Shown here piece by piece: positions 11,125 through 24,426 of a stretch of 64,000 bases of DNA. Position numbers and translations under genes: made by a program. Numbering within the stretch: position 1 is the stretch's first letter; every line of letters starts with the position of its first letter. The DNA is from Gemmatimonadaceae bacterium (GTDB lineage: Bacteria; Gemmatimonadota; Gemmatimonadetes; Gemmatimonadales; Gemmatimonadaceae), in NCBI GenBank assembly GCA_045803975.1, contig JBJMOA010000194.1, forward strand, positions 1,191 to 65,190, in the 5' to 3' direction. Under the pieces are notes generated by a model. The model saw only the letters and a program-made list of their open reading frames with translations, was not told the origin of the DNA and searched no databases.

Positions 11125-11825
11125 CGCTTACTGTTCTGGAAGCGCACGACGTCCACAAGACATACGTGGGCGGGGATGGTAGCGCGTTACACGTCCTCAA
11201 CGGCGTGAACCTGTCGGTCCCTCGCGGCGAGATGATTGCGATTGTTGGATCCAGCGGCGCCGGGAAGAGCACACTGATGCACGTACTCGGAGCATTGGAC
11301 AAGCCGACGCGCGGCTACGTAGTGATCGGTGGGGAGCCGGTTCACGGGCGGAACGAGACCGAGCTGGGCGAGCTGAGGAACAGAACCGTCGGATTCGTGT
11401 TCCAGTTTCACCACCTGTTGCGCGAGTTCTCAGCGCTCGAGAACGTGATGATGCCTTTGCGGATCGCCGGAAAGCCCGACGAGATTGCGCGCGGCCGGGC
11501 GTCCGAGCTTTTGGCAAGGGTAGGGCTTAGCGCGCGCATGACACATCGGCCCGGCGAGCTCTCTGGTGGAGAGCAGCAACGGACCGCCGTCGCCCGCGCG
11601 CTGGCGATGGATCCGCAGGTGATTTTGGCCGACGAGCCATCGGGTAATCTCGATCGCTCCAACGCCGAGATGTTGCACGAATTGTTGGCCGAGGTCGTCA
11701 ATGACCTCGAGATCGGGATGGTCGTCGTAACCCATAGCCGCTCGCTCGCCGCTCGCGCGAGCCAGGTGCTGCTGTTGGAAGGTGGGAAATTGGGTCGTAC
11801 CGAGGTTGATGAGGTCGTCGTATAA
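11121..11825 (+). CDS. lolD: Lipoprotein-releasing ABC transporter ATP-binding protein
   Basis: Walker [10 protein letters not shown], signature LSGGEQQR, Walker B ILADEP. The ATG at 11121 overlaps the lolE stop, so the longer track ORF from 11022 is rejected. Confidence 0.88.
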   Translation: MTLTVLEAHDVHKTYVGGDGSALHVLNGVNLSVPRGEMIAIVGSSGAGKSTLMHVLGALDKPTRGYVVIGGEPVHGRNETELGELRNRTVGFVFQFHHLLREFSALENVMMPLRIAGKPDEIARGRASELLARVGLSARMTHRPGELSGGEQQRTAVARALAMDPQVILADEPSGNLDRSNAEMLHELLAEVVNDLEIGMVVVTHSRSLAARASQVLLLEGGKLGRTEVDEVVV

Positions 11826-12311
11826 ATGGTTTGCGATTTGTGCAAGGATGGAGAAGCCGTAATCCAGCTCACCGAAATCGAGGGGAGCGGGGTGAGACAG
11901 CTGCATCTGTGCGAAAAATGCGCAGCCGAGCGTGGAGTGGAGACGACGATCACGGCGGCAAAGCCGCAGATCAACAATTTCCTGCAGACCATTCACGAGC
12001 AGATGCCGGGCGCCAAGGGCGAGCCCGTTCAATGCTCTTTCTGCTCCTCGACGCTCGCCGATTTCCGTGCTACCGGTCGCCTTGGCTGCGCGCACTGCTA
12101 TGAGGCGTTCGAGTCGAGCCTGCGTGACTTGTTGCGGCGGGTGCATGGGAATTCGCGCCACATCGGTCGGCGCTATGTTGCCCCGCTTCCCTCAGAGCTG
12201 CCACACGTGTCGAGCGCCACGGAGCTTCGCGACCGGCTGAAAAGAGCAATCGAGGCCGAACAGTTCGAGTTGGCGGCCGACATCCGCGACAAGCTGCGGG
12301 GAATCGAGTGA
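11826..12311 (+). CDS. mcsA: Protein-arginine kinase activator McsA (zinc-finger plus UVR motif protein)
   Basis: CDLC...CEKC, CSFC...CAHCYEAF cysteine pairs, LLRRVHG..RHIGR, and a C-terminal UVR motif (AIEAEQFELAADIRDKLRGIE). The start codon directly follows the lolD stop. Confidence 0.85.
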   Translation: MVCDLCKDGEAVIQLTEIEGSGVRQLHLCEKCAAERGVETTITAAKPQINNFLQTIHEQMPGAKGEPVQCSFCSSTLADFRATGRLGCAHCYEAFESSLRDLLRRVHGNSRHIGRRYVAPLPSELPHVSSATELRDRLKRAIEAEQFELAADIRDKLRGIE

Positions 12312-13381
12312 TGCTGGATCTTTCACTGCTTCCGGACGGCGGTGCCAGCTGGCTCGACGCGTCGGGCGAGCACGCCGATATCGTGATCTCGACGCGTATA
12401 CGGCTCGCCCGCAATCTCGAAGGCTATGCTTTCACTCCGCGTGCGCGCGACGGGGAAAGACTTCGGATCCTTACGCAAGTTCGCGAGGCGTTCGCGAGCC
12501 TGCGCACGATCGAAGACGGCGTACTACTCCGAGTCGACGAGCTGCCCCCGGAAGACCGGCTCCTCCTCCACGAAAGGCATCTGGTCAGCAAAGAGCTGGC
12601 GGGGCTCAATGAGCAGCCGGTGCGCACGGGTGCTGCCGTGTACCTCTCGCGCGGCGTCGGCATAATGGTCAACGAGGAGGACCATCTCCGCCTTCAGGCG
12701 CTCCACTCCGGGTTTCATGTTGCCGACGCCTTCGGAGTACTCGAGCGCCTCGACGCCGAGCTCGGTAACCGGGTGCCGTACGCCTTTCACAATGAGTTCG
12801 GATACCTGACCGCGTGTCCGACGAACGTGGGGACTGGGCTCAGGGCATCGGTACTGATTCACCTGCCGGGTCTGGTGTTGACGAAGGAGATCGGGAAAGT
12901 GCTGGCCGGTTTACAGCAGGTTGGGCTCACCTACCGCGGCATGTACGGAGAGGGGAGCGAAGTAGTGGGCAATTTTTTCCAGATCTCGAATCAGACGACG
13001 TTGGGCAGATCCGAAGGCGAGTTACTTGATTACCTCGTACGCGTCGTAAGACATGTAATCGAGCGCGAAGAAGAAGCGCGCAGAGTGCTGTTGCGCGATG
13101 CGGGTTATATTATAGAAGACAAGCTCTGGCGTGCCTTTGGCACGCTGCGATATGCACGCAGCTTGAGCTTCGATGAAGCGATGAATTATCTGAGCGGCGT
13201 GCGACTGGCTGTCGGTTTGAAACTGATAAGCGGTCTCAGTGTATATACTCTCAACAAGCTCCTGATATTTAGTCAGTTGGCGCACCTCGGTCACACCGAG
13301 GGAAGAGCGCTGACGGAAAGCGAAGCGAATGTCGCACGCGCTCGATACGTGCGAGAGACGCTAGCGAAAGAGGCGGAGTAA
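12308..13381 (+). CDS. mcsB: Protein arginine kinase McsB (ATP:guanido phosphotransferase family)
   Basis: ISTRIRLARNL, EEDHLR, CPTNVGTGLRASV and YGEGSEVVGNFFQISNQ motifs. Confidence 0.9.
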   Translation: MMLDLSLLPDGGASWLDASGEHADIVISTRIRLARNLEGYAFTPRARDGERLRILTQVREAFASLRTIEDGVLLRVDELPPEDRLLLHERHLVSKELAGLNEQPVRTGAAVYLSRGVGIMVNEEDHLRLQALHSGFHVADAFGVLERLDAELGNRVPYAFHNEFGYLTACPTNVGTGLRASVLIHLPGLVLTKEIGKVLAGLQQVGLTYRGMYGEGSEVVGNFFQISNQTTLGRSEGELLDYLVRVVRHVIEREEEARRVLLRDAGYIIEDKLWRAFGTLRYARSLSFDEAMNYLSGVRLAVGLKLISGLSVYTLNKLLIFSQLAHLGHTEGRALTESEANVARARYVRETLAKEAE

Positions 13382-13466
13382 GGGGTAGCGGGTAATCACG
13401 CGCGCCGCAGTGGTCCACACTGTCACGCACGCGAAAGAACTAGCTCCCGCACTGAGGATTGCAGAG

Positions 13467-15965
<2,499 letters not shown>

Positions 15966-15985
15966 GAAATCGCTACGGAAGGAAC

Positions 15986-16023
15986 ACGGGGCTGTCGGAG
16001 AGGCAACTCTCTGACAGCCCCGT
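15986..16023 (+). terminator. Long stem-loop after clpC (putative terminator)
   Basis: acggggctgtc/gacagccccgt 11-bp stem extended by gagag/ctctc around a gcaa loop. The downstream U-tract is weak (tgtct). Confidence 0.5.
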
Positions 16024-16089
16024 TGTCTAATCACAACAGCCGCCGCCCGATGAGGACCTCCACCAAACTGACTAGTGTATATTTGTGTG

Positions 16090-18510
16090 ATGCGGAAAAT
16101 TGCTGCCTATGCACTGGCGACCACAATCGCCGGTGCCACTTCATTATACGCCCAGGAGACCGCGCCCGGAGCGTGCGCGACTCCTGAAGCCATAAACGTT
16201 ACCGGCGCGTCACGCGTCGACACCGCCGCGATCCGGTCGACCAGTGGATTGTCGCTTGGCACGCAGCTCAGTGTGCACGAGATCCAGAGCGCGATCAAGG
16301 CGCTTTATGCCACGTCCCAGTTCGATGACGTGCAGATCGTCTGCAATGTAGCGCCCACGGGCGGCAAGGCGACTTTGCTGATCCAGGTGCGCGAGCGACC
16401 GATCCTCGTGGATTACAAGGTCATTGGCGCAGACCGCGTGGCACCCAAAGACGTCAAGGAAAAGCTCAGCTTTGCCACTGGCAGTCCGGTCGATCCCGGC
16501 AAAATTGCCAAGGCTATTGCCAGTGTCGATTCACTTTACGAGAGCAAAGGCTACTACCTCGCGAGCGTAAAGCCCGAGTCCACTGTCACCGCCGGCAAGT
16601 TAACGATCAATTTCCGGATCGACGAAGGCAGACGCCTCGCAATCTCCGGAATTCGCATCAATGGCAATGCGAAAGTTCCCGACGAGGACGTCGTTGGCGC
16701 CATGGAGACGAAGCCCGAAGGCTTTCTATGGACACGCAATGGCGAGCTGGACGACGCCAAGTACGCCCAGGATCTCAGCGAAAAAATTCCGCAGCTTTAC
16801 GCGAGTCGAGGCTACATCGACTTCCGAATCATAAAGGACACGCTGATCGTCGACCGCGCGAAGGGTAAGGGACTGATCGACATCACCGTCGTCGAAGGGC
16901 CGCGCTACAAAGTCGGCAACTTCGAGGTGATCGGAAACCGCCGGTTCTCCACGGACCAGATCAAATTGTTCTATCCGTTCGGCGACAAGCAGCAGGCCAC
17001 CCTCGTACAAAAGGCCACGGGTCTCATCCGTCGCGCCTACGTGAATCCGCCAAATACGTTCGACGAGGCAAAGTGGGACGAGGCGCAGCAGAAGCTCGTC
17101 GAAGCGTACAACGACGAAGGCTATATCTACGCGAACATTCGCCCGGTCACGGAGCGAGTACCCAGCACCGACTCAGTGCGGACTGTCAATCTCCGGTGGG
17201 AGATCGAGGAGAGGTCGCCAGCGATCGTCAACCGCATCGAGATCGCCGGTAATGACTACACTCACGAGTCGTGTATCCGCGAGCAGATCGTCCTTGCCCC
17301 CGGTCAGGTCTTCAACCGCAACTACCTGATTCGGAGCTACCAGAACATTGGTAACCTGAACTTCTTCGAGACGCCGATGGCGGCGCCTGAGACGCGGCCG
17401 AGTGGCGATCAAGGTGACGTCGACATTGTCTTCAACGTGAAGGAGAAGCGGACCGGCAACGTCAACTTCGGCGCATCGATGGGGCAAGGCACTGGACTTG
17501 GCGGATTCATCAGCCTCGATCAGCCAAACCTGCTTGGACGCTGCAAGCGGGCGCAGGTGCAATGGCAGTTCGGCCGCTATATCAGCGATTTCAACGCGAC
17601 CTACAGCGACCCGAACATCCGTCAGTCGCGCATCTCCGGCAGCTTCACCGCATACCACACTCGCTCCCGCTACACGATCGCTGACCTGGGCGGAATCATC
17701 AGGACCGGAGGCCAGCTTCAGCTCGGCTTCCCGGTTCCGCAGTCGATTTACACGAGACTGTTCGTGTCGTACGGCGGTGAGAAGGTCAACTATACGAGCG
17801 ACGGGTTCCTGAGCACGGTATCGCAGGCGTGCAAGAACTGCTTCCGGTCCACGCTCGGGTTCACGGCGCAGCACGATACTCGTACGGGGCTGCCGTTCCC
17901 GGCCGACGGTGGCCTCCAGTCGTTCAACGCGCAGTTCAACGGCGGACCGTTGGGCGGCACCGCGCAGTTCCAGCGCTACACCACCGAGCTTAGATCTTAC
18001 GCGCCCATCGGCCGCATTGGTGGCAGCCTCCTCGGCGGCGAGCCAATGGTGTTCGTGGCCGGTTTGTCGACGCGCGCAGGCGCGGTGTTCGGCAATCCCG
18101 GGCCGTTTTTCTCGACGCAGGCATTCGCTCTCGGCGGTACCCAATACGGCGAACAGCTACGCGGGTATGACGAGTTCTCGGTGACTCCGAACGGTTACAA
18201 CCCGACCGGAGACGTTCAGGCCTCGCGCAACTCGTTCGGCAACGCCTTTTTCGTGGGTACCGCGGAGTTGGGCTTGAGGATCAACCAATCGCTTTACGTC
18301 AACACCTTCTTCGAGGGCGGCAACGTCTGGAACAAGCCCCGCGAGTTCGACCCAACGCGTCTATTCAGGAGCGCGGGCTTCGGAGTCAGCACTTTGAGCC
18401 CGCTTGGACCTTTGGGTGTGGACATCGGGTATGGGTTCGACAAGATTGACGCACAAGGGCGGCCGGCACCGAGCTGGAAGCTCCACTTTAAACTCGGACA
18501 ATTCTTCTAA
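16090..18510 (+). CDS. bamA: Outer membrane protein assembly factor BamA
   Basis: Signal peptide, repeated POTRA-like units (V.I.GN...), an Omp85 barrel with FALGGTQYGEQLRGY, and a C-terminal ...KLGQFF. An alternative GTG start exists at 16075. Confidence 0.92.
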   Translation: MRKIAAYALATTIAGATSLYAQETAPGACATPEAINVTGASRVDTAAIRSTSGLSLGTQLSVHEIQSAIKALYATSQFDDVQIVCNVAPTGGKATLLIQVRERPILVDYKVIGADRVAPKDVKEKLSFATGSPVDPGKIAKAIASVDSLYESKGYYLASVKPESTVTAGKLTINFRIDEGRRLAISGIRINGNAKVPDEDVVGAMETKPEGFLWTRNGELDDAKYAQDLSEKIPQLYASRGYIDFRIIKDTLIVDRAKGKGLIDITVVEGPRYKVGNFEVIGNRRFSTDQIKLFYPFGDKQQATLVQKATGLIRRAYVNPPNTFDEAKWDEAQQKLVEAYNDEGYIYANIRPVTERVPSTDSVRTVNLRWEIEERSPAIVNRIEIAGNDYTHESCIREQIVLAPGQVFNRNYLIRSYQNIGNLNFFETPMAAPETRPSGDQGDVDIVFNVKEKRTGNVNFGASMGQGTGLGGFISLDQPNLLGRCKRAQVQWQFGRYISDFNATYSDPNIRQSRISGSFTAYHTRSRYTIADLGGIIRTGGQLQLGFPVPQSIYTRLFVSYGGEKVNYTSDGFLSTVSQACKNCFRSTLGFTAQHDTRTGLPFPADGGLQSFNAQFNGGPLGGTAQFQRYTTELRSYAPIGRIGGSLLGGEPMVFVAGLSTRAGAVFGNPGPFFSTQAFALGGTQYGEQLRGYDEFSVTPNGYNPTGDVQASRNSFGNAFFVGTAELGLRINQSLYVNTFFEGGNVWNKPREFDPTRLFRSAGFGVSTLSPLGPLGVDIGYGFDKIDAQGRPAPSWKLHFKLGQFF

Positions 18511-18525
18511 GATTGGAGTCATAAA

Positions 18526-19140
18526 ATGCGAATGTTCCTCCGTGCGAGCTCCGTCGCACTGGCCACATCGCTGATCCTTGTCGGGACCGCCGGAGCGCAG
18601 ACAGCACAGACTCCTCCGACGGCAGTCAAGATCGGCTACATCAACTCCGCGCTGTTGCTGCAGCAGGCGCCCGGACGCGCCGAGGCCGAGGCGCAATTCG
18701 AGCGCGAGGTGGGCGCGTATCGTCAGCAGATTCAGCGCATGGATGACTCCTTGCGGACGATGATGGCCTCCTTCGACCGCGACGCCGCGAAGCTGGACAG
18801 CGCGACGCGCGAGACCCGCCGCAGGACGATTGGCCAGCGCGAGGCTGAGTACCAGACGCGCGCACGCGGCCTGGATTCAACGATGCAGGCACGCCAGGCC
18901 CAATTGGTCAAGCCCATCATGGAACGCGTGCAGGGAGTCATCGAAGCCATCCGCGCAGAGGATGGCTACTCCGTAATCCTCGACGTCGGCTCCCAGGTCA
19001 GTGTCGTTGTTGCCGCTGACAAGCGACTCGACCTCACGGACCGAGTGCTCGCGAGATTGAAAGCGCAGGGACCACCCCCAGTTGCTCCGACGAGTGGGGC
19101 CATTCCACAGCCGGCGGGAGTGACTCGGCCCAAGAAGTAA
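18526..19140 (+). CDS. skp: Periplasmic chaperone Skp/OmpH family
   Basis: Signal peptide, KIGYINSALLLQQAPG, and a coiled-coil-rich body. Conserved position between bamA and lpxD. Confidence 0.85.
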   Translation: MRMFLRASSVALATSLILVGTAGAQTAQTPPTAVKIGYINSALLLQQAPGRAEAEAQFEREVGAYRQQIQRMDDSLRTMMASFDRDAAKLDSATRETRRRTIGQREAEYQTRARGLDSTMQARQAQLVKPIMERVQGVIEAIRAEDGYSVILDVGSQVSVVVAADKRLDLTDRVLARLKAQGPPPVAPTSGAIPQPAGVTRPKK

Positions 19141-19187
19141 ATGGCGACTGAGTCGACGAAGTAAATGGCCGGCTCGATAGCCGACAA

Positions 19188-20255
19188 GTGAATAACCAAA
19201 TGGCGACGACCTCAAACAGCGGTGATGGTGTTAGCACTATCACCGCTGAGGCTATCGCGGGACTTGTTGGCGGCGAGCTGGTAGGCGACGGCACAATCGC
19301 AATCAGCGGTGTTGCCCCACTGGACCGGGCCGACTCGACGCACCTGAGCATCCTCTCGAGCGGCAAGTACGCGCCAATGATGGCGAGCACCCGGGCGGGA
19401 GTGGTTCTCGTTGATCCGGATCTGCGCGATTCGCCGGGCGCGGCATCGGCGCGGATCATCGTGGCGCAGCCCGTGGAGAAGCTCCTGTCGCTGCTACCCA
19501 GACTATACCCTCAACAGCTACCGCCCGCTGGGGTCGCGCCGACGGCGCGGATCGGGAAGGGCGCGACCATCGGACAGCGGGTGTCCATCGGCGACTACGC
19601 GGTGATTGGCGCGGCAGCGGTGATAGGCGATGAAGCCATTGTTGGCTCGCATTGCGTTGTCGGCGAGGGCGTCACGATCGGCGCGGCCGCGCGACTTTGG
19701 CCGGGTGTCACGATTTATTCGGGAGCCATCATAGGCGCGCGCGCATCGATCCAATCGGGGGCTCGCATCGGGTGCGATGGCTTCGGGTATGTCTTCCGCG
19801 ATGGAGCGCATCAGAAGATCCCGCACGTCGGTCGTTGTATCATCGGCGATGACGTGGAGATCGGTGCCAACAGCACCATCGATCGTGGCAGTATCGACGA
19901 TACCGTCATCGGAAATGGGACGAAGATCGACAATCTCGTCCATGTCGCGCATAACGTGCGCATCGGTGAGAAATGCCTCTTGATGGCGCAGGTCGGGGTT
20001 GCCGGCTCCGTGACGATCGGCGACGGTGCTATCCTCGCCGGACAGGCTGGCATCAGTGGTCATCTTTCGATCGGGGCGGGCGCACGTCTCGCCGCACAGG
20101 CTGGAGTATTCGGCGACATACCTGCGGGCGAGACATGGTCAGGGTATCCCGCGCGCCCACACCGGGAGTCACTTCGCGCCTCGGCGGCATTGTTTAAATT
20201 GGCCGGCATGATGCGGCGTCTGGAGAAGTTGCTGGCAGAGCCCGAATCGAAGTGA
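19188..20255 (+). CDS. lpxD: UDP-3-O-acylglucosamine N-acyltransferase
   Basis: N-terminal LpxD domain followed by long hexapeptide (left-handed beta-helix) repeats. bamA-skp-lpxD synteny. Confidence 0.9.
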   Translation: MNNQMATTSNSGDGVSTITAEAIAGLVGGELVGDGTIAISGVAPLDRADSTHLSILSSGKYAPMMASTRAGVVLVDPDLRDSPGAASARIIVAQPVEKLLSLLPRLYPQQLPPAGVAPTARIGKGATIGQRVSIGDYAVIGAAAVIGDEAIVGSHCVVGEGVTIGAAARLWPGVTIYSGAIIGARASIQSGARIGCDGFGYVFRDGAHQKIPHVGRCIIGDDVEIGANSTIDRGSIDDTVIGNGTKIDNLVHVAHNVRIGEKCLLMAQVGVAGSVTIGDGAILAGQAGISGHLSIGAGARLAAQAGVFGDIPAGETWSGYPARPHRESLRASAALFKLAGMMRRLEKLLAEPESK

Positions 20256-21538
20256 GTCGAAGGACCTTGGCGCGGCCAGCCGTGCTGGAGGGGATCGGGC
20301 TGCACCTGGGCATACAGTGCCGGGTGACTTTTCAGCCGGCCGCGGCGAAACACGGGATCGTATTTCGTCGCACCGATTGTGTGGGCCTGCCACGGATTCG
20401 CGCGCATGTCAGCGAAGTAAGCGGCAGCGAGCGCCGCACCCAGCTGGGGAAGGGTGAGTACGCGATTCACACCGTCGAGCACATTCTGGCAGCGGTGAGC
20501 GGGCTCGGGATCGACGATCTCGTCATCGATATGGACGGACCGGAACCGCCGATACTCGATGGAAGCGCCGAGCCATTCGTGGCGGCGCTGGCAGAGGCGG
20601 GAATCGCAACGCTGGACGGCGAGCCGGAATTTCTAGAGCTCGCCGAGCCGGTTCGCATAATCGATGGTGCCTCGGTCTACGAGGCGTACCCCGCCGACAG
20701 ACTGGAGCTCGATGTCACGATCGAGTTTCCGCATCCACTGATTGGAAAACAATCGCGCCGGATCGTCGTCACCGAGGAATCGTTCACAACAGAGTTGTCG
20801 AGAGCGCGGACGTTTGGTTTCATTCATGAGGTCGACGCGCTGCGAGCCAAAGGCTTGATCCGAGGTGCCACGCTGGAGAATGCAGTGGTCCTCGATGATA
20901 GCGATATTCTGAGCGGCGAGCTGCGGTGGAGCGACGAATTCGTTCGTCACAAAGCGATGGACTGTGTCGGCGATCTTGCTTTGGCCGGGGCCCACGTGCG
21001 GGCGCGTATCGTTGCCCATAAGCCGAGTCATCGCGGGACGGTTACCCTCGTTCGAGAGATGGTGAAAGCGGGTTCAAAGGAGAACAGGATGGAAGAGAAA
21101 AAGGCGACATTCGCCATTGAAGACATTATGAAGGTCCTCCCCCATCGCTATCCATTTCTGCTCGTCGACCGGATTATCGAGATCGAAGAGAAGAAGCGCA
21201 TCGTCGGGATAAAGAATGTCACCATCAACGAGCCCTTCTTTCAGGGACACTTTCCCGGCCATCCAATCATGCCGGGCGTGCTGATCATCGAAGCGATGGC
21301 GCAGGTGGGAGGAATGCTGTTGCTCGGCTCCGTGTCCGACCCGGAGACGAAGGTCGTTTACTTCATGTCTCTCGACAACGTGAAGTTCCGGCGGCCGGTG
21401 AAGCCCGGCGATCAGCTCCGGTTTGAGCTCGATGTCACTCAGCTGAGAGGTACAGTCTGCAAGATGCGAGGTGTCGGCAAGGTCGACGGCGAAGTCGTCG
21501 TCGAGGCCGACATGGCCGCCGCCGTCCGGGATCGATGA
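20252..21538 (+). CDS. lpxC/fabZ: Bifunctional UDP-3-O-acyl-GlcNAc deacetylase / 3-hydroxyacyl-ACP dehydratase (LpxC-FabZ fusion)
   Basis: LpxC motifs HTVEHILAA and [12 protein letters not shown]. After a Lys/Glu-rich linker come FabZ motifs [12 protein letters not shown] and [16 protein letters not shown]. Confidence 0.93.
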   Translation: MSRRTLARPAVLEGIGLHLGIQCRVTFQPAAAKHGIVFRRTDCVGLPRIRAHVSEVSGSERRTQLGKGEYAIHTVEHILAAVSGLGIDDLVIDMDGPEPPILDGSAEPFVAALAEAGIATLDGEPEFLELAEPVRIIDGASVYEAYPADRLELDVTIEFPHPLIGKQSRRIVVTEESFTTELSRARTFGFIHEVDALRAKGLIRGATLENAVVLDDSDILSGELRWSDEFVRHKAMDCVGDLALAGAHVRARIVAHKPSHRGTVTLVREMVKAGSKENRMEEKKATFAIEDIMKVLPHRYPFLLVDRIIEIEEKKRIVGIKNVTINEPFFQGHFPGHPIMPGVLIIEAMAQVGGMLLLGSVSDPETKVVYFMSLDNVKFRRPVKPGDQLRFELDVTQLRGTVCKMRGVGKVDGEVVVEADMAAAVRDR

Positions 21539-22314
21539 AGGTTTCGCGAATCCATCCAACAGCGATCATCTCGCCTGACGCGGAGATAGCGCCTGACGTA
21601 GAGATCGGTCCGTTCGTGATAATCGGCGAAGGCTGCACGATCGGATCCGGCAGCGTCATAGCCGCGCGCGCGACGCTCGAGCGTAACGTCACACTCGGCC
21701 AGAACGTCAAGGTCGGTATCGGCACTGTGCTTGGCGGGCTGCCGCAGGACCTCAAGTTCGCGGGCGAGGAGACGACAGTCGAGATCGGCGATGGCACCGT
21801 GATTCGCGAATATACGACTATCAATCGCGGCACCGCCCAGTCGTTCAAGACGACCGTTGGCAACAATTGCCTGCTGATGTCCTACGTGCACCTTGGTCAC
21901 GACTGTCACATCGGGAACAACGTCATCCTCTCGAACGTGGTGCAGCTTGCGGGACACGTGACTATAGAGGACAGGGCGATTCTGTCCGGATTGACCGCTG
22001 CGCATCAATTCGTCCGCATCGGGAGGCACAGTTTCATCGGCGGCATGTCCCGCGTGTCTAAGGACATTCCGCCGTTCCTCAAGGCCGTTGGCAATCCCGT
22101 CAAGCTTTACGGTCTCAACACCGTGGGTCTTCAGCGCAACGGGATCGACGAGCCGACGATACGAGAGCTCAAGCGCGCGTATCGGCTCCTCTTTCGCTCC
22201 GACCTCAACGTGACGCAGGCGATCGAGAGGGCGCAGGACGAGCTCGATCCGCTGCCTGAAGTGAAGGAGCTGTTACGGTTCGTCGAGGCGAGCGAGCGCG
22301 GAGTGGTGATTTGA
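21535..22314 (+). CDS. lpxA: Acyl-ACP--UDP-GlcNAc O-acyltransferase
   Basis: Hexapeptide repeats plus the C-terminal helical domain (GLNTVGLQRNG...LKRAYRLLF). Confidence 0.92.
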   Translation: MKVSRIHPTAIISPDAEIAPDVEIGPFVIIGEGCTIGSGSVIAARATLERNVTLGQNVKVGIGTVLGGLPQDLKFAGEETTVEIGDGTVIREYTTINRGTAQSFKTTVGNNCLLMSYVHLGHDCHIGNNVILSNVVQLAGHVTIEDRAILSGLTAAHQFVRIGRHSFIGGMSRVSKDIPPFLKAVGNPVKLYGLNTVGLQRNGIDEPTIRELKRAYRLLFRSDLNVTQAIERAQDELDPLPEVKELLRFVEASERGVVI

Positions 22315-23312
22315 CGCAGCCTCCGCGCGTCGGAGTCGTTGGTGCAGGCAGCCTCGGTTTTCATCACATCAGAATTCTGCGCGATCTACCGGGGATTCGA
22401 TTCACCGGCTTTGTAGAAACGAAAGCCGAGCGGAGAGCTGAGGTCGAGAAAGAGCTGCGCGCACGGAGTCACGCAGATCTGGGTTCCTTGCTTGACGCGT
22501 CTGACGCCGTCGTGATCGTCGTACCGACATCGGCGCATTTCGCCGTTGCGAGCGCCGCCATCGAGCGGGGCAAGCACGTCTTCATAGAGAAGCCGATCAC
22601 CACCACTCTCGAGGAGGCCGACGCGCTTCTCGAGCTCGCCGATAAGAAGAGCGTGATGGTTCAGATTGGCCATATAGAACGGTTCAATCGAGCTGTGCGT
22701 GCGGCTCTTCCACACGTGAGGAAACCGAGATTCATAGATAGCGAGCGCTTGGCGCCATTCAGCCCGCGCGGTTCCGATGTGGCCGTCGTGCTCGATCTCA
22801 TGATTCACGACATCGATCTGCTCCTTACGCTCGTCGGGGCGGATGCGCGCGACATTTCAGCAGTCGGAGTGCCTGTGCTCACGCCAATGCTCGACATCGC
22901 GAATGCGCGAGTGACCTTTACCTCCGGAGCCGTTGCGAACATTACCTCGAGTCGGATCTCGCGAGAGCGAAAGCGAAAGATCCGGATATTCCAGCAGAGC
23001 GGTTATCTCTCACTCGACCTGGGCGCCGGTACTGGAGAATTCTTCAAGCTGCGATCCGACATCGATCCGCTCTCGATCAGGTCGGCGCCTGCCGACATCA
23101 CTGCCTATGTCGATCGAATCAAGCTCGAGGCGCCGGACGGGGAGCCGTTGAAGCTGGAGCTCGAGAGCTTTATCGCAGCGCTCAACGGCACCGGGCCCGT
23201 CGTCGTCAGCGGGCAAGAGGGAAGGCAGGCTTTAGGAGTCGCACTGAGAATCGTGAAGGAAATCGAGCTCACTCTTCCCTCGCTGGTTGGTCACACCCAC
23301 CACCATGCGTAG
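22311..23312 (+). CDS. Gfo/Idh/MocA-family NAD(P)-dependent oxidoreductase embedded in the lpx cluster
   Basis: Rossmann N-terminus VGVVGAGSLGFHH, EKP motif (VFIEKPI), C-terminal alpha/beta dimerisation domain. Start and stop overlap lpxA and lpxB. Confidence 0.8.
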   Translation: MTQPPRVGVVGAGSLGFHHIRILRDLPGIRFTGFVETKAERRAEVEKELRARSHADLGSLLDASDAVVIVVPTSAHFAVASAAIERGKHVFIEKPITTTLEEADALLELADKKSVMVQIGHIERFNRAVRAALPHVRKPRFIDSERLAPFSPRGSDVAVVLDLMIHDIDLLLTLVGADARDISAVGVPVLTPMLDIANARVTFTSGAVANITSSRISRERKRKIRIFQQSGYLSLDLGAGTGEFFKLRSDIDPLSIRSAPADITAYVDRIKLEAPDGEPLKLELESFIAALNGTGPVVVSGQEGRQALGVALRIVKEIELTLPSLVGHTHHHA

Positions 23313-24426
23313 GGTGCTGTTCGTCGCCGGAGAGGCTTCCGGCGACCTCCACGCCGCTGGTGTAGCGGCGGCGCTCCGACGAGTCAGGCCGGAGCTGAAT
23401 CTCGCCGGCGTTGGGGGCGCGAGACTGGCGGAGCAGGGCGTCGAGCTGATTCACCGCGACAATCTCCTCGGCGTGATGGGATTTCTGGAAGTATTGAAGC
23501 ATGTTCCGCGACACTTCCTTCTCTTGCGCACGATTCGGAAGATGCTCGACCAAGACGAGATCGCGCTCGTCATATTGATCGACTATCCGGGTTTCAACAT
23601 GAAGGTCGCAGCTGCCGCGAAGCGTGCGGACGTGCCCGTATTGTACTACGTGACGCCGCAGGTGTGGGCGTGGGGTGCGGCGAGGCTGCCCAAGCTTGCC
23701 CAACTGATTACAAAGGCGGCGGTGATACTTCCGTTCGAGGAACCGCTCCTGCGAGGTTTTGGCATCGACGCCACTTTTGTCGGTCACCCGATGCTCGACC
23801 GCGCTGTCAACATGCCGACCAGGCAGGAAGCGCGAGAAACTCTCGGGCTCTCGCCGGATGCGAAGGTCCTCGCGCTTTTCCCCGGCAGCAGACAACAGGA
23901 GATCGACCGCCACATCGACGACTTCGTCGCGAGCGCGAAAGAGTTGCAACGGCGCATCCCTGGCCTACTCGTGGTAGTGAGCGTTGCGCCAACGGTGGCG
24001 CTCGACTCGAATCGTTGTCCGTTCCAACTCGTGCATTCGGCATCGCTAAGCGTGTTGCGCGCCGCCGACGCCGCGCTGTGCAAGAGTGGAACGACGACGC
24101 TGGAGGCATCTATCGCCGATTGTCCGCTGGTCGTAGCCTATCGCACTGGGCGCATCTCCTATGCGCTTGCGAAACGCCTCGTGAAAGTGCCGCAGATCGG
24201 ACTCGTGAACGTAGTAGCCGGCCGAGAAGTGGCGCGCGAATTCATCCAGGACGCGATTGTGCCAACGCGAGTCGCTGATGCTTTGGCACCGCTTCTCGAT
24301 GCGCGTAGCCCCGAGCGGCGCGATGTGTTGGCAGGGCTGGCGGAGGTGCGCGCAAAGCTTGGTACGCCGGGCGCAGCCGAGCGCGTCGCCCGCATGGCTG
24401 GCGACCTCGTCGGTTCGCGGGGATGA
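23305..24426 (+). CDS. lpxB: Lipid-A-disaccharide synthase
   Basis: N-terminus VLFVAGEASGDLHAA, DYPGFN, YYVTPQVWAW. The ATG at 23305 is chosen over the track start at 23287. Confidence 0.9.
   Translation: MRRVLFVAGEASGDLHAAGVAAALRRVRPELNLAGVGGARLAEQGVELIHRDNLLGVMGFLEVLKHVPRHFLLLRTIRKMLDQDEIALVILIDYPGFNMKVAAAAKRADVPVLYYVTPQVWAWGAARLPKLAQLITKAAVILPFEEPLLRGFGIDATFVGHPMLDRAVNMPTRQEARETLGLSPDAKVLALFPGSRQQEIDRHIDDFVASAKELQRRIPGLLVVVSVAPTVALDSNRCPFQLVHSASLSVLRAADAALCKSGTTTLEASIADCPLVVAYRTGRISYALAKRLVKVPQIGLVNVVAGREVAREFIQDAIVPTRVADALAPLLDARSPERRDVLAGLAEVRAKLGTPGAAERVARMAGDLVGSRG

Noticed and set aside
13138-13155. TGGCAC element checked as a sigma-54 -24 box because rpoN is in the window (other TGGCAC hits were also checked)
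   Set aside because: No TTGC(A/T) -12 element occurs at the required 5-nt spacing, and the site is inside mcsB. I found no convincing sigma-54 promoter in the window.
13022-13294. Locally AT-richer 3' part of mcsB with a 90-aa antisense ORF
   Set aside because: The sense frame encodes the conserved McsB C-terminal domain. The composition dip is within coding variation.
17173-18144. 323-aa ORF antisense to bamA
   Set aside because: It is an Arg/Ala-rich antisense frame of a well-supported gene and a typical high-GC artefact, with no recognisable motifs.
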